Notes under the pieces: model-generated
What the model was told of the DNA's origin: nothing
Database searches by the model: none
The model's input: the letters and a program-made list of their open reading frames with translations, nothing else
In this document: in pieces, positions 51,649-64,000 of the stretch
Position numbering within the stretch: position 1 is the stretch's first letter
How the letters are laid out: each line of letters starts with the position of its first letter
Program-made: the position numbers and the translations under genes
Assembly: GCA_963701095.1 (NCBI GenBank)
Contig: OY969564.1
Coordinates: 832,001-896,000, forward strand
Length of the DNA stretch: 64,000 nucleotides
Direction: 5' to 3'
Origin: an uncultured Methanoregulaceae archaeon
GTDB lineage: Archaea; Halobacteriota; Methanomicrobia; Methanomicrobiales; Methanospirillaceae

Positions 51649-51855
51649 ATGGTCAAAATAAGGACATTATTCGCCTATATTGCGGCAATTGGTTTCTTAA
51701 TCGCGATCGGTTCACTCTTCATTTTATTGTATAATGCCCTCACAGATCAGTTTGCACCATTGGCGTATGAATTGAGTTTGCTTATCGGTGTATTCTCTTT
51801 CCTTATCTGTACGGGGTTAACCATAATAATCAGCAATATCGAGGGAGCATTTTAA
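51649..51855 (+). CDS. Small 2-TM protein
   Basis: Two hydrophobic helices. Confidence 0.55.
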   Translation: MVKIRTLFAYIAAIGFLIAIGSLFILLYNALTDQFAPLAYELSLLIGVFSFLICTGLTIIISNIEGAF

Positions 51856-51978
51856 ACAAAATATTTTTTAATTCTCTTAAAAACAGCTGCTCTTGCCCGG
51901 CATCCCCAACCACTGACATAAAACTATGATTAAATAGTATCAGGGAAATTAAGGTTTTTTATCGGTGATTTTATAACG

Positions 51979-52368
51979 ATGAATCCGGTAATTCATTTTG
52001 AAATGCCCGCGATGGATAGAAAACGGATGGCCGATTTTTATACAAATGTATTTGGCTGGCAAACACAGCAACTGGGCCCGGAGATGGGGAATTTTATTCT
52101 TGTTACGACTACCGAATCTGATGAAAACGGACCAAAGAAACCCGGCGAAATCAATGGCGGATTCTACAAGAAAACAGATGATACTTCATCGCAAACTACG
52201 ACTATAACAATTCAGGTGGATAACATTAAGGAGCATATCAGGAAAGTTGAAGCGGCTGGTGGGAAAATTTCCGGTGAGATCATGGAAATCCCGCAAATCG
52301 GCTTGTTTGCATCTTTTTTTGATACCGAGGGAAACAGAGTGAACCTGCTCCAACCCATTCATAAATGA
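51979..52368 (+). CDS. VOC/glyoxalase family protein
   Basis: VIHFE, FY..VFGW, GEINGG, DTEGN. Confidence 0.9.
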   Translation: MNPVIHFEMPAMDRKRMADFYTNVFGWQTQQLGPEMGNFILVTTTESDENGPKKPGEINGGFYKKTDDTSSQTTTITIQVDNIKEHIRKVEAAGGKISGEIMEIPQIGLFASFFDTEGNRVNLLQPIHK

Positions 52369-52656
52369 AAAATTTTACTTTAGAGCATGGGAAAATACGG
52401 CCCTCTGAATTCTCGAAAAATTGAGTTCTTTCACCAGAACTTCCCGTGAAATGCGGCTATATGAATTGACGGTAAGGAGAAAAAAGAGGACGTTGATAAT
52501 GTATTAGGGCTTTGCATAATCCTCACCTTGCCAGAACCCGATTTCTTTTTTATTAAAGGTCACACCTCTTCAAAATTACTCTGCAAGGCAACACTGCCTT
52601 GCATGTGCTTATTATCATGAATCAATCAGGAGTATCCATTCACGGAAGGTGAGTTT

Positions 52657-53304
52657 ATGAAAAGTATATTAATGGCAGGATTTGTTTTGGTGGTACTCCT
52701 CGCGTCTGTCGGGGTGGTTTCCGCAAACCTTGTAACGAATGGTGGATTTGAAACACCGGTAGCTGCACATCCATGGACTACGCTCTTTACCGGAAACGGA
52801 TTGACCGGCTGGACTATTACTTCCGGTAGTATCGATCTCATCAATGGATACTGGCAGCCTCATTTGGGGAGCCAGTCAATTGATCTTTCTGGAAATTCAC
52901 CGGGAATGATCAGCCAGAACATCAGTACCGTGGCCGGTGGAAAATACGACCTCACGTTCTGGATGGCGGGGAACCCGGATATTCAGGAAGTCAAGACACT
53001 CGGCGTATTCTGGGATGGAGTGGAACTCAGCCCAACGTATACGTTTGACTCAACAGGTCATTCCTATACGAATATGGGATGGAAAGAAGTTACCATACCC
53101 GGTCTTCAGGCAACCGGTACTTCAACAGAAATCGGATTCCTTGATATTCAAGCCCAGAATGATCCCTGCGGTGTAACTCTCGATGATATCTCTGTTGTAC
53201 CTTCTCAAACAAACCCGGCCCCGGAGTTTCCCGGAATCGCAGCACCGGTAATCTCGCTCGTCGGGTTATTGGGAGCGATTTTCTATGTCAGGAGAATGAA
53301 ATAA
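52657..53304 (+). CDS. Choice-of-anchor C/DUF642-like surface protein with PEF-CTERM
   Basis: NLVTNGGFE, SIDLSG, LDDISV, then APEFP, TM and RR. Confidence 0.85.
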   Translation: MKSILMAGFVLVVLLASVGVVSANLVTNGGFETPVAAHPWTTLFTGNGLTGWTITSGSIDLINGYWQPHLGSQSIDLSGNSPGMISQNISTVAGGKYDLTFWMAGNPDIQEVKTLGVFWDGVELSPTYTFDSTGHSYTNMGWKEVTIPGLQATGTSTEIGFLDIQAQNDPCGVTLDDISVVPSQTNPAPEFPGIAAPVISLVGLLGAIFYVRRMK

Positions 53305-53485
53305 CTTATCCTTTTTTTGGCTTCCGGTAAGCTTATCCACCGTCATGCATCAATGCTTTGCATACAATTATTAGAGCTCTCTAAATAATATCCCCCGACC
53401 GTAAACCAGCTGGCCCCTGGAATTTGTTCCATCTTTTTATTCCGGTTTTCAGGAGGTGCCAGACGGGTTCCGGGGGTAATGGATA

Positions 53486-56459
53486 ATGAGACAGATAACC
53501 GTAGTTATGATAGTTTACCTCGCCGTGGTTATCCTCCTCCTTATTCCGGGAGTTCAGGCAACCAAACCACTTCCAGATTTCTCTGCTAATGTCACATCTG
53601 GTAATGCACCACTGACCGTTTCGTTTACCGATTTATCTTCGAATAATCCCACCGGATGGGCCTGGTATTTCGGTGATGAGAATTATTCAGTCCCCTGGAC
53701 TGAAGTGACACCGGATTCCGGGTATCCTGCAAGGACCACCCAGAACACAGTTGTGATGCCGGACGGGAGTATTATCCTGATGGGTGGCTATAACGGTACC
53801 AATTGGTTGAACGATGTATGGCGATCGACTGATTATGGTAAAACATGGACACTCATGAACGCGAGTGCCGGGTGGTTGCCGAGAAACGGGTTTACCAGCG
53901 TGGCAATGCCGGATAACAGCATCGTGCTTATGGGGGGAACATCCGGCAACTATCCAAACATGAGTTTGTACAATGATGTGTGGCGGTCAACCGATGAGGG
54001 AGCGACCTGGACAGAGATGACTCCCCATGCAGCATGGACTGGCAGAAATTCACCGAGTAGTGTCGTTATGCCGGATGGCAGCATTATCCTGACCGGCGGC
54101 AGCGACGGCTGGTTTGTGTTTGAGAATGACGTATGGCGGTCAACCGACGAGGGAGCGACCTGGACGAGGGTAACCGCTGATGGCGGTTGGGTCCCCCGAT
54201 GCGGTCATACCACCGTGGTGACGCCGGATGGCAGTATCGTCCTCATGGGCGGGTACGAAGATATGCGGTTTACCAATGATGTCTGGCGATCGGCCGATTC
54301 CGGTAAAACGTGGCAACAAATGAACGCAAATCCGGGATGGTCAGCACGAAATGGTCAGACCACTGCTGTAATGCCGGATGGCAGTATCCTCCTGATGGGA
54401 GGTAATGACGACGTAGACTTTGTTCCGAGTCTTTCGAATGACGTATGGCGATCAACCGATGACGGTGCCACATGGACAGAGATAACACCGCATGCCCAAT
54501 GGTCAGCGCGGTCAGGTCAGAGCGGTGTTCTGATGCCCGACGGAAGTCTCGTCCTGATGGGCGGTAATAACGATGGCTACGGAGCAAGTGATCTCAAAGA
54601 TGTGTGGCAGTTCCAGCCTGCTGGATCGACCGAACAGAACCCGGTTCACACGTATATAAAACCGGGATCTTATCCTGTCTCATTGCAGGTATACAATAAT
54701 GACGGATTTATCAGCGTCCAGAAAGCGGGATACATCACTGTTCTCGCTCCGAATGCGGAATCAGGAAATATCACGGTGTCTTCAACGCCGTCAGGAGCGG
54801 AGATCTTCCTTGATAATACCGACACCGGCAATGTAACACCATATACGATTTCGAATGTTCCGGTAGGATCTCATTCGGTATATGTGACGCTTTCGGGATA
54901 CAAGATACCATTACCGGTCAGTGTAACAGTTTCCGCAGGGTCAACGACCCCGGCAGACTTTACCCTTGTCCAGATTCCCCCGAAACCGGTTCCTGATTTC
55001 TCTACTGATATTACTTCAGGTAAGGCACCGCTGACCGTTTCGTTCACCGATTTATCTTCGAATAACCCGACGGGCTGGGCCTGGTATTTTGGTGACGAAA
55101 ACTTTTCAGGACAATGGACACAGATGACCCCGCATGCGGCGTGGGCGGGACGATCCGGGCAGAGCGTTGTTGCGATGCCGGATGGAAATATCGTTTTGAC
55201 TGGTGGCAGCAAAGGTTTTCCCCAGAGTTTCAACGATGCCTGGCAATCTGGCGATAACGGTGCCACATGGTCGCTCGTGAATGCTTCTCCCTGGTCGCTG
55301 GGTAAAATCGGTCATTCAAGCGTCGTACTCCCTGATGCTAGCATCGTCACCATGAGCGGGGACAGCGGGAATGGCTGGTTCTCCGACGTATGGCGATCTG
55401 TCGATAAAGGAGTGACCTGGACGCAATTGACGCATGATGCCCCATGGGGAGCACGCATTGCGTTCCCAAGTGTTGCTATGCCCGATGGAAGTATCGGTAC
55501 TGATGGGAGGATTTGGCGGTTCCTTTACGTATCCTGATGATGTCTGGAAATCGACCGATGAAGGGTCAACGTGGACGCAGCTGACAGCCCATGCAGGATG
55601 GTCTCCCCGGGCCGGTCATACTGCCGTAGTAATGCCTGACGGAAATATTGTCGTGATGGGAGGTAACAATATCAACAGCCACGTCGTGTTTAACGATGTC
55701 TGGCGTTCATCGGATGGCGGGAAAACGTGGACACAGGTGAATGCAAGTGCCGGCTGGGCGCCGCGGGGATCTCTTTCAAGTGTGGTCATGCCGGACGGGA
55801 GTATTCTTCTGACGGGAGGAGATGACCTTAATGGTCATTACTACAACGACGTCTGGAGATCAACCGACGAAGGCTCGACGTGGGCACGGGTGAATCCGCA
55901 TGCCGGGTGGTCGGCACGAAGTTCTCTGTCAGCGGTTGCGATGCCGGATGGGAGCTTTATCATCATGGCAGGAAGTGGCCCGACCGTTGAAAACGATGTC
56001 TGGGGCCTTGAGACTGCCGGCTCATCAGCACAGAATCCAGTTCATACCTACACGAAACCGGGAACCTACCAGGTATCACTCCAGGCATACAATTCCGGCG
56101 GATTCGGCAGTATACGGAAGACAGAATATATCACCGTTCTTGCCCCTGATACCGGAACCCTTTTCGTGAACTCGACTCCGTCCGGTGCTGAGGTATATAT
56201 TGACGGTGTTGATACGGGAAATGTCACGCCGTGGACTTCCAGTCAGATGCTACCGGGTTCATACTCAGTCACGGTAAAACTCAAGGGATATCTTAACGGG
56301 ATTGCAAACGACGTCCAGGTTATCAGCGATACGGTGACCACACAGGACTTTACCATGGTCCCAAATATTCCAGAATTTCCCTCATTAGTGATACCATTGA
56401 CGGTAATCATCGGATTACTCGGGATGGTTCTGTTTATCCGGAGAATAAAAGAAAATTAA
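53486..56459 (+). CDS. Surface protein with two Kelch/BNR propellers, PKD and PEGA domains, PEF-CTERM; apparent frameshift near 55497
   Basis: Repeats MPDGSI.LMGG..NDVWRSTD.G.TW, PEGA VSSTPSGAEI, then IPEFP and TM. Confidence 0.88.
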
Positions 56460-56739
56460 TTTTTTCACAATAGACAGGTACGGAAAGGAATCACTTTAAC
56501 AGAGATTGAACCTTACCTTGATTATCTGAAAAATTCCCATTAGTTAACGTTCAATTTTATCCGCCATTACGGTAACAGAACCCATTTTTGAGTATGAATC
56601 CGACAAAATCAAGAGGAACAAGAGAGATTGGGGAAAAGGGACAGATTAAATACTCGAATAAAAACGAAAGTATGAAAACCCGGTTTACCAATCTTTAATG
56701 TGAGAAGATAGGCATAGTATTGATCAAGGAAGACGGTAT

Positions 56740-59700
56740 TTGTTCAATATCCTTTATGTCGATGATGAAGCCGCTTTGCTCGAAATAGGAAAACTCTTTT
56801 TAGAGGGCAGCGGGGAGATTTCCGTCGACACTATAACCTCTGCACCAGCAGCACTTACGTTGATGGAAAAAAAGTCCTACGATGCCATCATTGCAGACTA
56901 CCAGATGCCGGAAATGGATGGCATCGCATTCTTAAAGGAAGTAAGAACTGCGGGAAATACCATCCCGTTTATCCTTTTTACCGGACGCGGACGTGAAGAA
57001 ATAGTTATCCAGGCTTTAAATGAAGGGGCCGATTTTTACCTCCAGAAAGGAGGAGAGCCAAGAAGCCAGTTTGTCGAGCTCATGCATAAGATCCGGATTG
57101 CAATCGAACATCACCAGGCCGCAGAAAAAATACAATCTCTCACCAGGTTATACGCGGTTCTTTATGCAACCAATAAGGCTATCGTTCATTTCCGGACGAA
57201 GGGTGAATTTTTTTCTGAGATCTGCCGGATTCTCGTGGAAACCGGTGGATTACGTATGGCCTGGATCGGACTTGCTGACCAGGCAGCCATCCGTCCAGTC
57301 ACCTCTGCCGGACACGTCGACGGATACCTGGACAACTTCACCATCCCTATTGAGGATATTCCCCAGGGCCGTGGACCGACCGGGAGAGCGTACCGGGAAG
57401 GAAAATACTATTTCTCGAACGATATTTCCGGAGATCCCTGCATGGAACCGTGGCGGGAAAATGCCCTGAAACGCGGTTACCGGGCAAATGCTGCATTCCC
57501 GTTTGCCCTTGGAACAGAAAATGCCGGTGTTTTATGCATCTATGCCCCGGTGACCGGATTTTTTGATGAGCAGACCATCAGTCTCCTGGAGGAGCTGGCC
57601 ATCGAAATATCTTTTGCTCTCAGAACAATAGATGAGGAGACCAATCGAAAATCTGCGGAAGAGCTTTTACGCGAGAGCGAGAAGCGGTACCGCGCTCTCG
57701 TGGAAAACGTCATTGATATCGTGTACCAGACAGATCTCAACAGTACAATTACTTTCGTGACTCCCTCGGCCCTTCATTTGCTGGGGTATGACACCCTTGA
57801 CGACTTAATCGGCCGCCCCATTACCTCATTCTGGGCAGATCCGGAAAAGCGTAATGAACTGCTTGCAAGAATGAAAGAAAAGGGTTATGTGAACGATTAC
57901 GAAGTCATTGTCCTGAACCGGGATGGTTCTGAGATTCCAGTTTCAATAAGCAGCCATTTCTATCATGACAATACCGGACGTATCGCAGGAGTTGAGGGGA
58001 TCATCCGCGATATTCGTGAGCGTAAACGCTCGGAGAAGGCGCTGCGCGAGAGTGAGGCACATTTAAAACGTGCAGAAGAGATTGGCAGGTCTGGGAGTGG
58101 GAGTTCCGACTGAGTGAAAATGCGGTTACCGCTTCTGAGGGGGCTCGTAGTATTTATGGTCTGGGAAAAACGCAGTCGACCATTGATAATGTCCAAAAAC
58201 TTCCTCTTCCCGAATACCGATCTCTTCTCGACACTGCCGTAAAGGACCTTATCGCCGGGAAATCCCCTTACAATGTTGAGTTTAAGATCCGGAGGCAATC
58301 CGATGGAGCCGTTCTGGATATTCATTCCATCGCAGAGTACGATCCCGGGCGGAACGTAGTATTCGGTGTTATTCACGATATTACCGAGCGCAGGCGTGCT
58401 GATAAAGCCTTAATTGAGAGCGAGGCTCTTTTTCAGGGGGTCTTTTCCCAGTCGACCCAGCTGACGGGTGTACTTGACCTGCAGGGAAGACTTACCCGGG
58501 CAAATGCCGCAGCCATGGCCCTCATCGGCACAGATTTGGACCAGGTTATAGGCAAACCCTTTTGGGAAACACCCTGGTGGTCTAATGATCCCGACACCCA
58601 GGCCGCCATGAAGGATGCAATAACCCGGGCCGTCCATGGGGAAACCGTTCACTTCGACGCAATCCACAAAGATACTGCAGGAAATGTCCATTATATCGAT
58701 TTCTTCTTAAAACCGGTGGTGGATTCTAGGGGTAATATAATCGCACTCTTACCGGAAGGCCGGGACATCACCGAACGCAAACAGTCTAAGGAAGCCCTTA
58801 CGGAAAAGGAAATGATGTTTCAGACTGTTTTCGAGAACAGCCCCTATCCTATATCGATTAACAGTACCTGCTGACGGGAAATTTATTGCAGTCAATTCAG
58901 CATTCCTGCGGAGCAGCGAATATACTGAACAAGAAATCCTGGGAAAGAATCCTGTTGAATTGGGCCTGCTCTCTCTTGGAGATTTTGTTAAATTGACAGC
59001 TCAGATGGTACTCCATGGCAAGCTTGACAACATTCCTATGACGACAAAAAGCAAATCGGGTAAACGAGTGAATGTGCAATATTCCACAATCCCGATTAAG
59101 ATCAATGGCAAGCCGGCGATGATGACCATAACGGCGGAAATAACCAAGCTGAAACGGGTTGAAGAAGAACTTCTGGAGAAAAATCTGGATCTTCAGGAAA
59201 GCGAGGAGAAATTCCGGGTTACTTTTGATACAGCCCAGTCTGCCTTGATCATTCTGGAAAATGCCGCTGACGGAATGCCGGGAAAAATAATTGATGTAAA
59301 TACTACGGCCTATGAACAGCTCGGTTACACGAAAGATGAGCTGTGTTCGAAGAATTTCTTCGATCTCGATGCGGAAGAATATCGTGATGAGATCGTTCGT
59401 CAGATGACCCGGTTATCCACACAGAAATCCGGAACCTATGAATCTGTCAGGATAAGGAAAGACGGGACAAGGTTTCCCGTTGACATTAATATTCACCGGG
59501 CTGTAATGAATGGAAAAGAGGTTATCATGACCTCCGCTCGTGACATCACCAAGCGCAAACAGACCGAAGCGGCGCTGCATCAAGAAGAGGCACAATACCG
59601 CAGGATTTACGAGACTGCAACCGAAGGAATATGGGGACTTGACGAAGGGTTCCATATACAATTTGTCAATCCGATGATGGCAAAGATGCTTGGATATTCA

Positions 59701-60978
59701 ATCGAGGAGATCATCGGCCACCATGTAACGGACTTCGTCGTCCAAGATGAAATGAGCGATGCCGAACAACACTTTGAGCAACGGAGAAAAGGGATAAATG
59801 AACAGTTCGAACGCCGGTACAAACGTAAGGACGGTTCGATTATTACCCTTCTCGTTTCAGCTTCGCCGGTCTTTGGAGATGACGGGAAATTCAAAGGCTC
59901 GTTTGCCATGTTTACGGATATTACTGATCGCAAACGGGCGGAAAAGGCACTCCTTGAAAGCGAGCAGCGTTACCGGGAACTTGTTGAGAACCTGAACGAT
60001 GTGATATTCACCGTTGATCCAAATGGTATTATCACGTATTTTAGCCCGATAGGGGAACGTCATTACGGATATTCTCCCTCTGATTTGTTGGGAAAACCAT
60101 TTACAAGCATTGTGTTTAAGGAAGATTTGAACGCGCTTGTGAAAAGATTCAAGGAGATTAAACACGGGATCATTGAACCATTTGAATGGCGCCTGACAGC
60201 GAAGAACGGTGAGCATATCTGGGTAAGAACCTCGACTAAGCCAGTCTCGGATGGCACCGGTACCAACAGCTATTTAGGTATTATCTCAGATATTTCCCAA
60301 CAGAAACTGGCTGAAGATGCAATAAAACTGGCAAACCACAAACTCAATCTCCTCTCGTCAATCACCCGCCATGATATCACGAACCAGCTTATGGCTCTGG
60401 TTGCTTACTTTGAAATTTCCAGAAAATATCTTAATAATCCGGATAAGATCGGAGAGTTTATCGACAAAGAAAAGGTTATTACGGGAATTATCAACAACCA
60501 GATCACTTTCACCAAGGATTATGAGAATCTCGGCGTAAAGGCTCCTGTATGGCAGAACGTATCGGTAGTGATCAAGCAAACAATCACCGGGCTTCCGGCG
60601 AGGAATATCCGGATCGAAGTTGTCGATCCCTTACCGGAAGTTTTTGCAGATCATCTCTTTGGGAAGGTATTCTATAACCTCATTGACAATGCGTTCCGGT
60701 ACGGCGGCGAAAAGATGACAACGATCCGGATTTACACCCGAAAATCAGAAGCCGGGGCGGTCATTTTTGTTGAGGATGATGGGGCGGGAATAATGCCAGG
60801 AGATAAAGAACGACTGTTCGAACGGGGGTTCGGGAAAAATACCGGGCTTGGTCTTTTCCTCTCCCGCGAGATCCTTTCCATAACCGGCATAACTATCACT
60901 GAAACCGGTGAGCCGGGGAAAGGTGCCCGGTTTGAGATCCTGGTTCCGGAAGGGAAATTTCGGTTCCACAGTCATTAA
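56740..60978 (+). CDS. Hybrid sensor histidine kinase (REC-GAF-multi-PAS-HATPase); apparent frameshifts near 58105 and 58868
   Basis: ILYVDDE, GAF, several PAS domains (DITERK), TRHDITNQL H-box, NLIDNA, DDGAG, GLGLFL. Confidence 0.9.
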
Positions 60979-61082
60979 AGATTTTAAACCCGGGTCCTGT
61001 AAACCTGTTGAGGAAACAGCACCTTACAGATAATGGGATATAAGAAAACATATTTAATGATCGCCGGTTAAAGTGGGCGGGT

Positions 61083-61670
61083 ATGTTGGCAGAGCATATT
61101 ATTTACAATGCTGCCATTGCGATAATCGTCGGGATGCTCTTTGTCCGGTATTTCGGACGTGACACTACATGGATAATCATTCTCGTTTCCTGGGCTCCGG
61201 ACCTTGATCTTTTCGCCAAAGGGATCCTGAATAAAATCGGGATAACCCTGCTTTTTTACGGCCAGCCCATCCAGCACGGAACATTCCACAATATCGCGGC
61301 CATGGTTATCTTTGGCATAATCGTAGCGTTCCTTCTTGCTCCGTTCGGTCTCAGGTTCTTTGATTCAATGTTCTTTGCCATGATCGGTTTTGGGGGTCAC
61401 CTTTTCGAAGATGCATTGGTATACCTCACAGATTACCGGTATTTTTGGCCTTTTTCCAACAAATTAATGGGACTTTCCTGGCTTCCGGTGGGTACGCCGT
61501 ATAAAGCAACTTTTTTCCATATTGCTAATACGGAAGTCCTTGTTATCGGACTCGTTCTCCTTTCCGTTGCCATTATGATCCGGACCAGGGTCGAGGGCCA
61601 TGGATGGATCCGGTGGTACATGCCGGATAAAGTATATCAGCGTTTTTTTGCAAAAACCTCCCCCTCGTAA
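61083..61670 (+). CDS. Membrane-bound metal-dependent hydrolase (YdjM-like)
   Basis: H..APDLD..HGTFH..HLFED..WPF. Confidence 0.8.
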   Translation: MLAEHIIYNAAIAIIVGMLFVRYFGRDTTWIIILVSWAPDLDLFAKGILNKIGITLLFYGQPIQHGTFHNIAAMVIFGIIVAFLLAPFGLRFFDSMFFAMIGFGGHLFEDALVYLTDYRYFWPFSNKLMGLSWLPVGTPYKATFFHIANTEVLVIGLVLLSVAIMIRTRVEGHGWIRWYMPDKVYQRFFAKTSPS

Positions 61671-62344
61671 GAAATTTTTGACGATGTTCCAGGAGGAGGA
61701 CTTTTCAGTTCCCTTTTGAATTGTGGGACTTTTTAGACGTATGGCAATTATGAGTTACGTTGTGTAAATGCCATTTTTATCAGTCGTAAGTATATCCCAC
61801 TTCATTCGTTTTTTGGATGAATGATCTAATGTTAATCCGCATAGATATTCCAATGCCAATTATAATTTCCTGATAAATCTTGCCGGGAATCGCTGGGAGA
61901 TGATGATTGGATTGGGGTAACAAAATAATCTCTTATCAAGAGGTTTGTTTTAATTAATCCATCGTAGATGCAGCAGAACAAAAACAAAAAAAATTACACC
62001 AAAGACCTGATAAACCCGAATTTATACAGCAGGTATATGAAAAGGATGAACAGCAGAATAAAAAAACTTATGACAATTTTTCTATTGCGTTGTGATGTAG
62101 CGTCCATCCACTCGAAAAATCCGACCATGCCTTTCCTCAAATGATACATTCAAATTTCAATTAAATATATTTGCCTCAGATTCGGCGGAGATTGTGGGGC
62201 ATCTAATCGACGTGTTCTCATTCGTGATTATTGTTAGTACATTCCTCCAAATCTTTATGGCATTGTTCGGGGCATCACCGTTCCCCCACTAATCCAATCT
62301 CTCTTTTTTAGGATAAGAACCCCAGTAAGACGCTCTAAAAAATG

Positions 62345-62842
62345 TTACAATGTAGTCTCAGCAATTACCTGGGTCGCTCCACTCGTAAAATGCCCGACAC
62401 AAATGACATTATCATTTCCGGGGTTATTGGCAGGGAAAGTTCCTTTGGTTCCAACTGGCAAAATGGTTTGCCCGTATGGATCGCGTATGTCTCCCTGGTA
62501 TACACCATTGACAGATACGGTGATATATTCTAAACTTGCAGCGTCCTGACCCCCCTGGTAAGAAATGGATACGCCGGAACCGATGCGGAATAAGGTAACT
62601 GCAACAACGTAGGTATTTTGGGGTTGCCCGGCATTTTCCGTAGTCATTGCGCCGGGCGATCCTGTTTGTACTCCATTTGTTGGAAGAGGGCACGTTTGAG
62701 ATCCACAGTTAGTTTGTTCTGTTGGAGGGATTGTTTGCTGCGCATTACTTCCAGTAGATGGAATCTGAGCACATCCGGCAATAATCACGGTCAATACAAG
62801 AACCAATGAAATGGAAATTACAACAAAATGAGATTTTTTCAT
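62345..62842 (-). CDS. Lipoprotein with pilin-like C-terminal domain
   Basis: IAGC lipobox; YQGGQDAASL..VICVGHF.SG..QVI. Confidence 0.7.
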   Translation of the reverse strand: MKKSHFVVISISLVLVLTVIIAGCAQIPSTGSNAQQTIPPTEQTNCGSQTCPLPTNGVQTGSPGAMTTENAGQPQNTYVVAVTLFRIGSGVSISYQGGQDAASLEYITVSVNGVYQGDIRDPYGQTILPVGTKGTFPANNPGNDNVICVGHFTSGATQVIAETTL

Positions 62843-63053
62843 GTTAATGAGTCCTCAGCCAATACTCATAATAAATATTATATAAAGTACAACCGTTTGG
62901 CGCGTTTAAGCGCGTTGGAAACAATTATCTTGCTTTTCGGCTTGACTAACCTCCTTTCTGTGCGGATTGGTGGATTGATTTCCGAAATGACTTTTTTGAA
63001 TGGCGCAAGAACCACTTCAACAGAAATTGAGGGTTCTGTTAACTTTGTAAGGG

Positions 63054-63641
63054 ATGATTTTGACTGTTAACCAGAGTGGGATACAACCTAACAACTTTAA
63101 AGAACTTTCATTGGTAATTCTGGTTTACATGGTTTTGGAGTCCCTAAAGGGAAATGAGCAATATGTGAACACCCTGATACCATTGGTATATTGGGCGGGA
63201 GCTCTTGCAAGTCTTATTCCAACTTATACTTCTAATCATGTCATCACTCCAACCATCATAATTTCTATTATGTTTTTTATTAGCGGGATAACCCTTACCG
63301 CATTACAATTTATGTATCACGACATAATCGGGAACATATTTGAAAAAGATAAAGTAAAAATCGAAGATTTAACTTTGGATAAAATTGAGTTAATATCTCA
63401 TAAAAAAGATATGATAATTGTCACTATTGTTATAATCGGATATGGTTTTACCTCGTTCATCCTCATGTGTCTCAATGTAATAAATAATCAATCCGAAGTG
63501 CCATTATCTGTAACTCTCTTATTAATCGCTCTCTATCTGGTTGCAATTGTTTTCCTCGTGCTTTTATTATTATTTGGCAGGGGTCATTTGAAGGAAGTCA
63601 TTTCAGAGATATACGAGAAACGCAAAGATGGAGAGGATTAA
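63054..63641 (+). CDS. Hypothetical 4-TM membrane protein (start probably downstream)
   Basis: Four hydrophobic segments; AT-rich. Confidence 0.55.
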   Translation: MILTVNQSGIQPNNFKELSLVILVYMVLESLKGNEQYVNTLIPLVYWAGALASLIPTYTSNHVITPTIIISIMFFISGITLTALQFMYHDIIGNIFEKDKVKIEDLTLDKIELISHKKDMIIVTIVIIGYGFTSFILMCLNVINNQSEVPLSVTLLLIALYLVAIVFLVLLLLFGRGHLKEVISEIYEKRKDGED

Positions 63642-64000
63642 CGGTGAAATCCGCGACAGGGAAAAGACCATGAGGGGATTAAAGAAGAAGAGTACCCCGA
63701 TCCTGAAAGGAATGCAGGTCTATCACAACTATATTAAGCCGCACGAAGGGCTCGACGGAAAAACACGGCTGAGGCTTGCGGGATACAAGTAAACGGAGAA
63801 AATAAATGGATAACTTTAATCCAGAACGCTGCAACGGCAGCAAAATAATTTTAATAAAACATCCCGTCTGGAGATGTTTTTGGGAAATCTTCACCGCTTT
63901 TTTGTATAACTTGTTGGTGACCTAATACGGAATTAATAAATGCTAATCCTCTTCCCCCAACAGCTGACAAAGCTCTTACTGCGTTATCGAAATCCCTTAC

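Noticed and set aside
18051..60978. Frameshifts in mscS, hypD, parA, an MCP, rnz, thiC, cdc48, the Kelch protein and the histidine kinase as pseudogenes or programmed recoding
   Set aside because: They are scattered single-base indels, often at short homopolymers (e.g. cggg in cdc48), and they hit housekeeping genes such as rnz. This is the pattern of unpolished long-read error.

Overview
This is archaeal DNA, most likely from a Methanomicrobiales methanogen (Methanoregula-like), judged from PEF-CTERM and PGF-pre-PGF surface proteins, PolB2, CDC48, hypD and archaeal-type tRNAs. The taxonomy is inference. Bases 1 to ~17,011 look like the right part of an integrated tailed provirus. It carries a siphovirus-type tail operon (terminator, tube, G/GT chaperones with a -1 slippery site, tape measure, Dit, Tal/Gp37, baseplate/Gly-rich fibre), interrupted by two opposite-strand cargo genes bounded by a 114-bp direct repeat. 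AT-rich cargo follows: an AT-hook protein, SRAP, a radical SAM/SPASM enzyme with a small partner, and PolB2. The element ends in an unusual tRNA-Thr(GGT) structure: an orphan 5' half cut at the anticodon loop, an exact 105-bp tandem duplication, and a complete but sequence-divergent tRNA-Thr. The rest is host chromosome: mscS, hypD, tRNA-Arg, ade, a ParA-MCP-CheW-MCP-CheR cluster, RecJ-like, rnz, thiC, cdc48, surface proteins and a hybrid histidine kinase. Many genes, including housekeeping ones, carry single-base frameshifts, which I read as sequencing/assembly indels rather than pseudogenes. No CRISPR array, rRNA, transposase or reverse transcriptase is visible. All family names come from motif recognition, not database searches.
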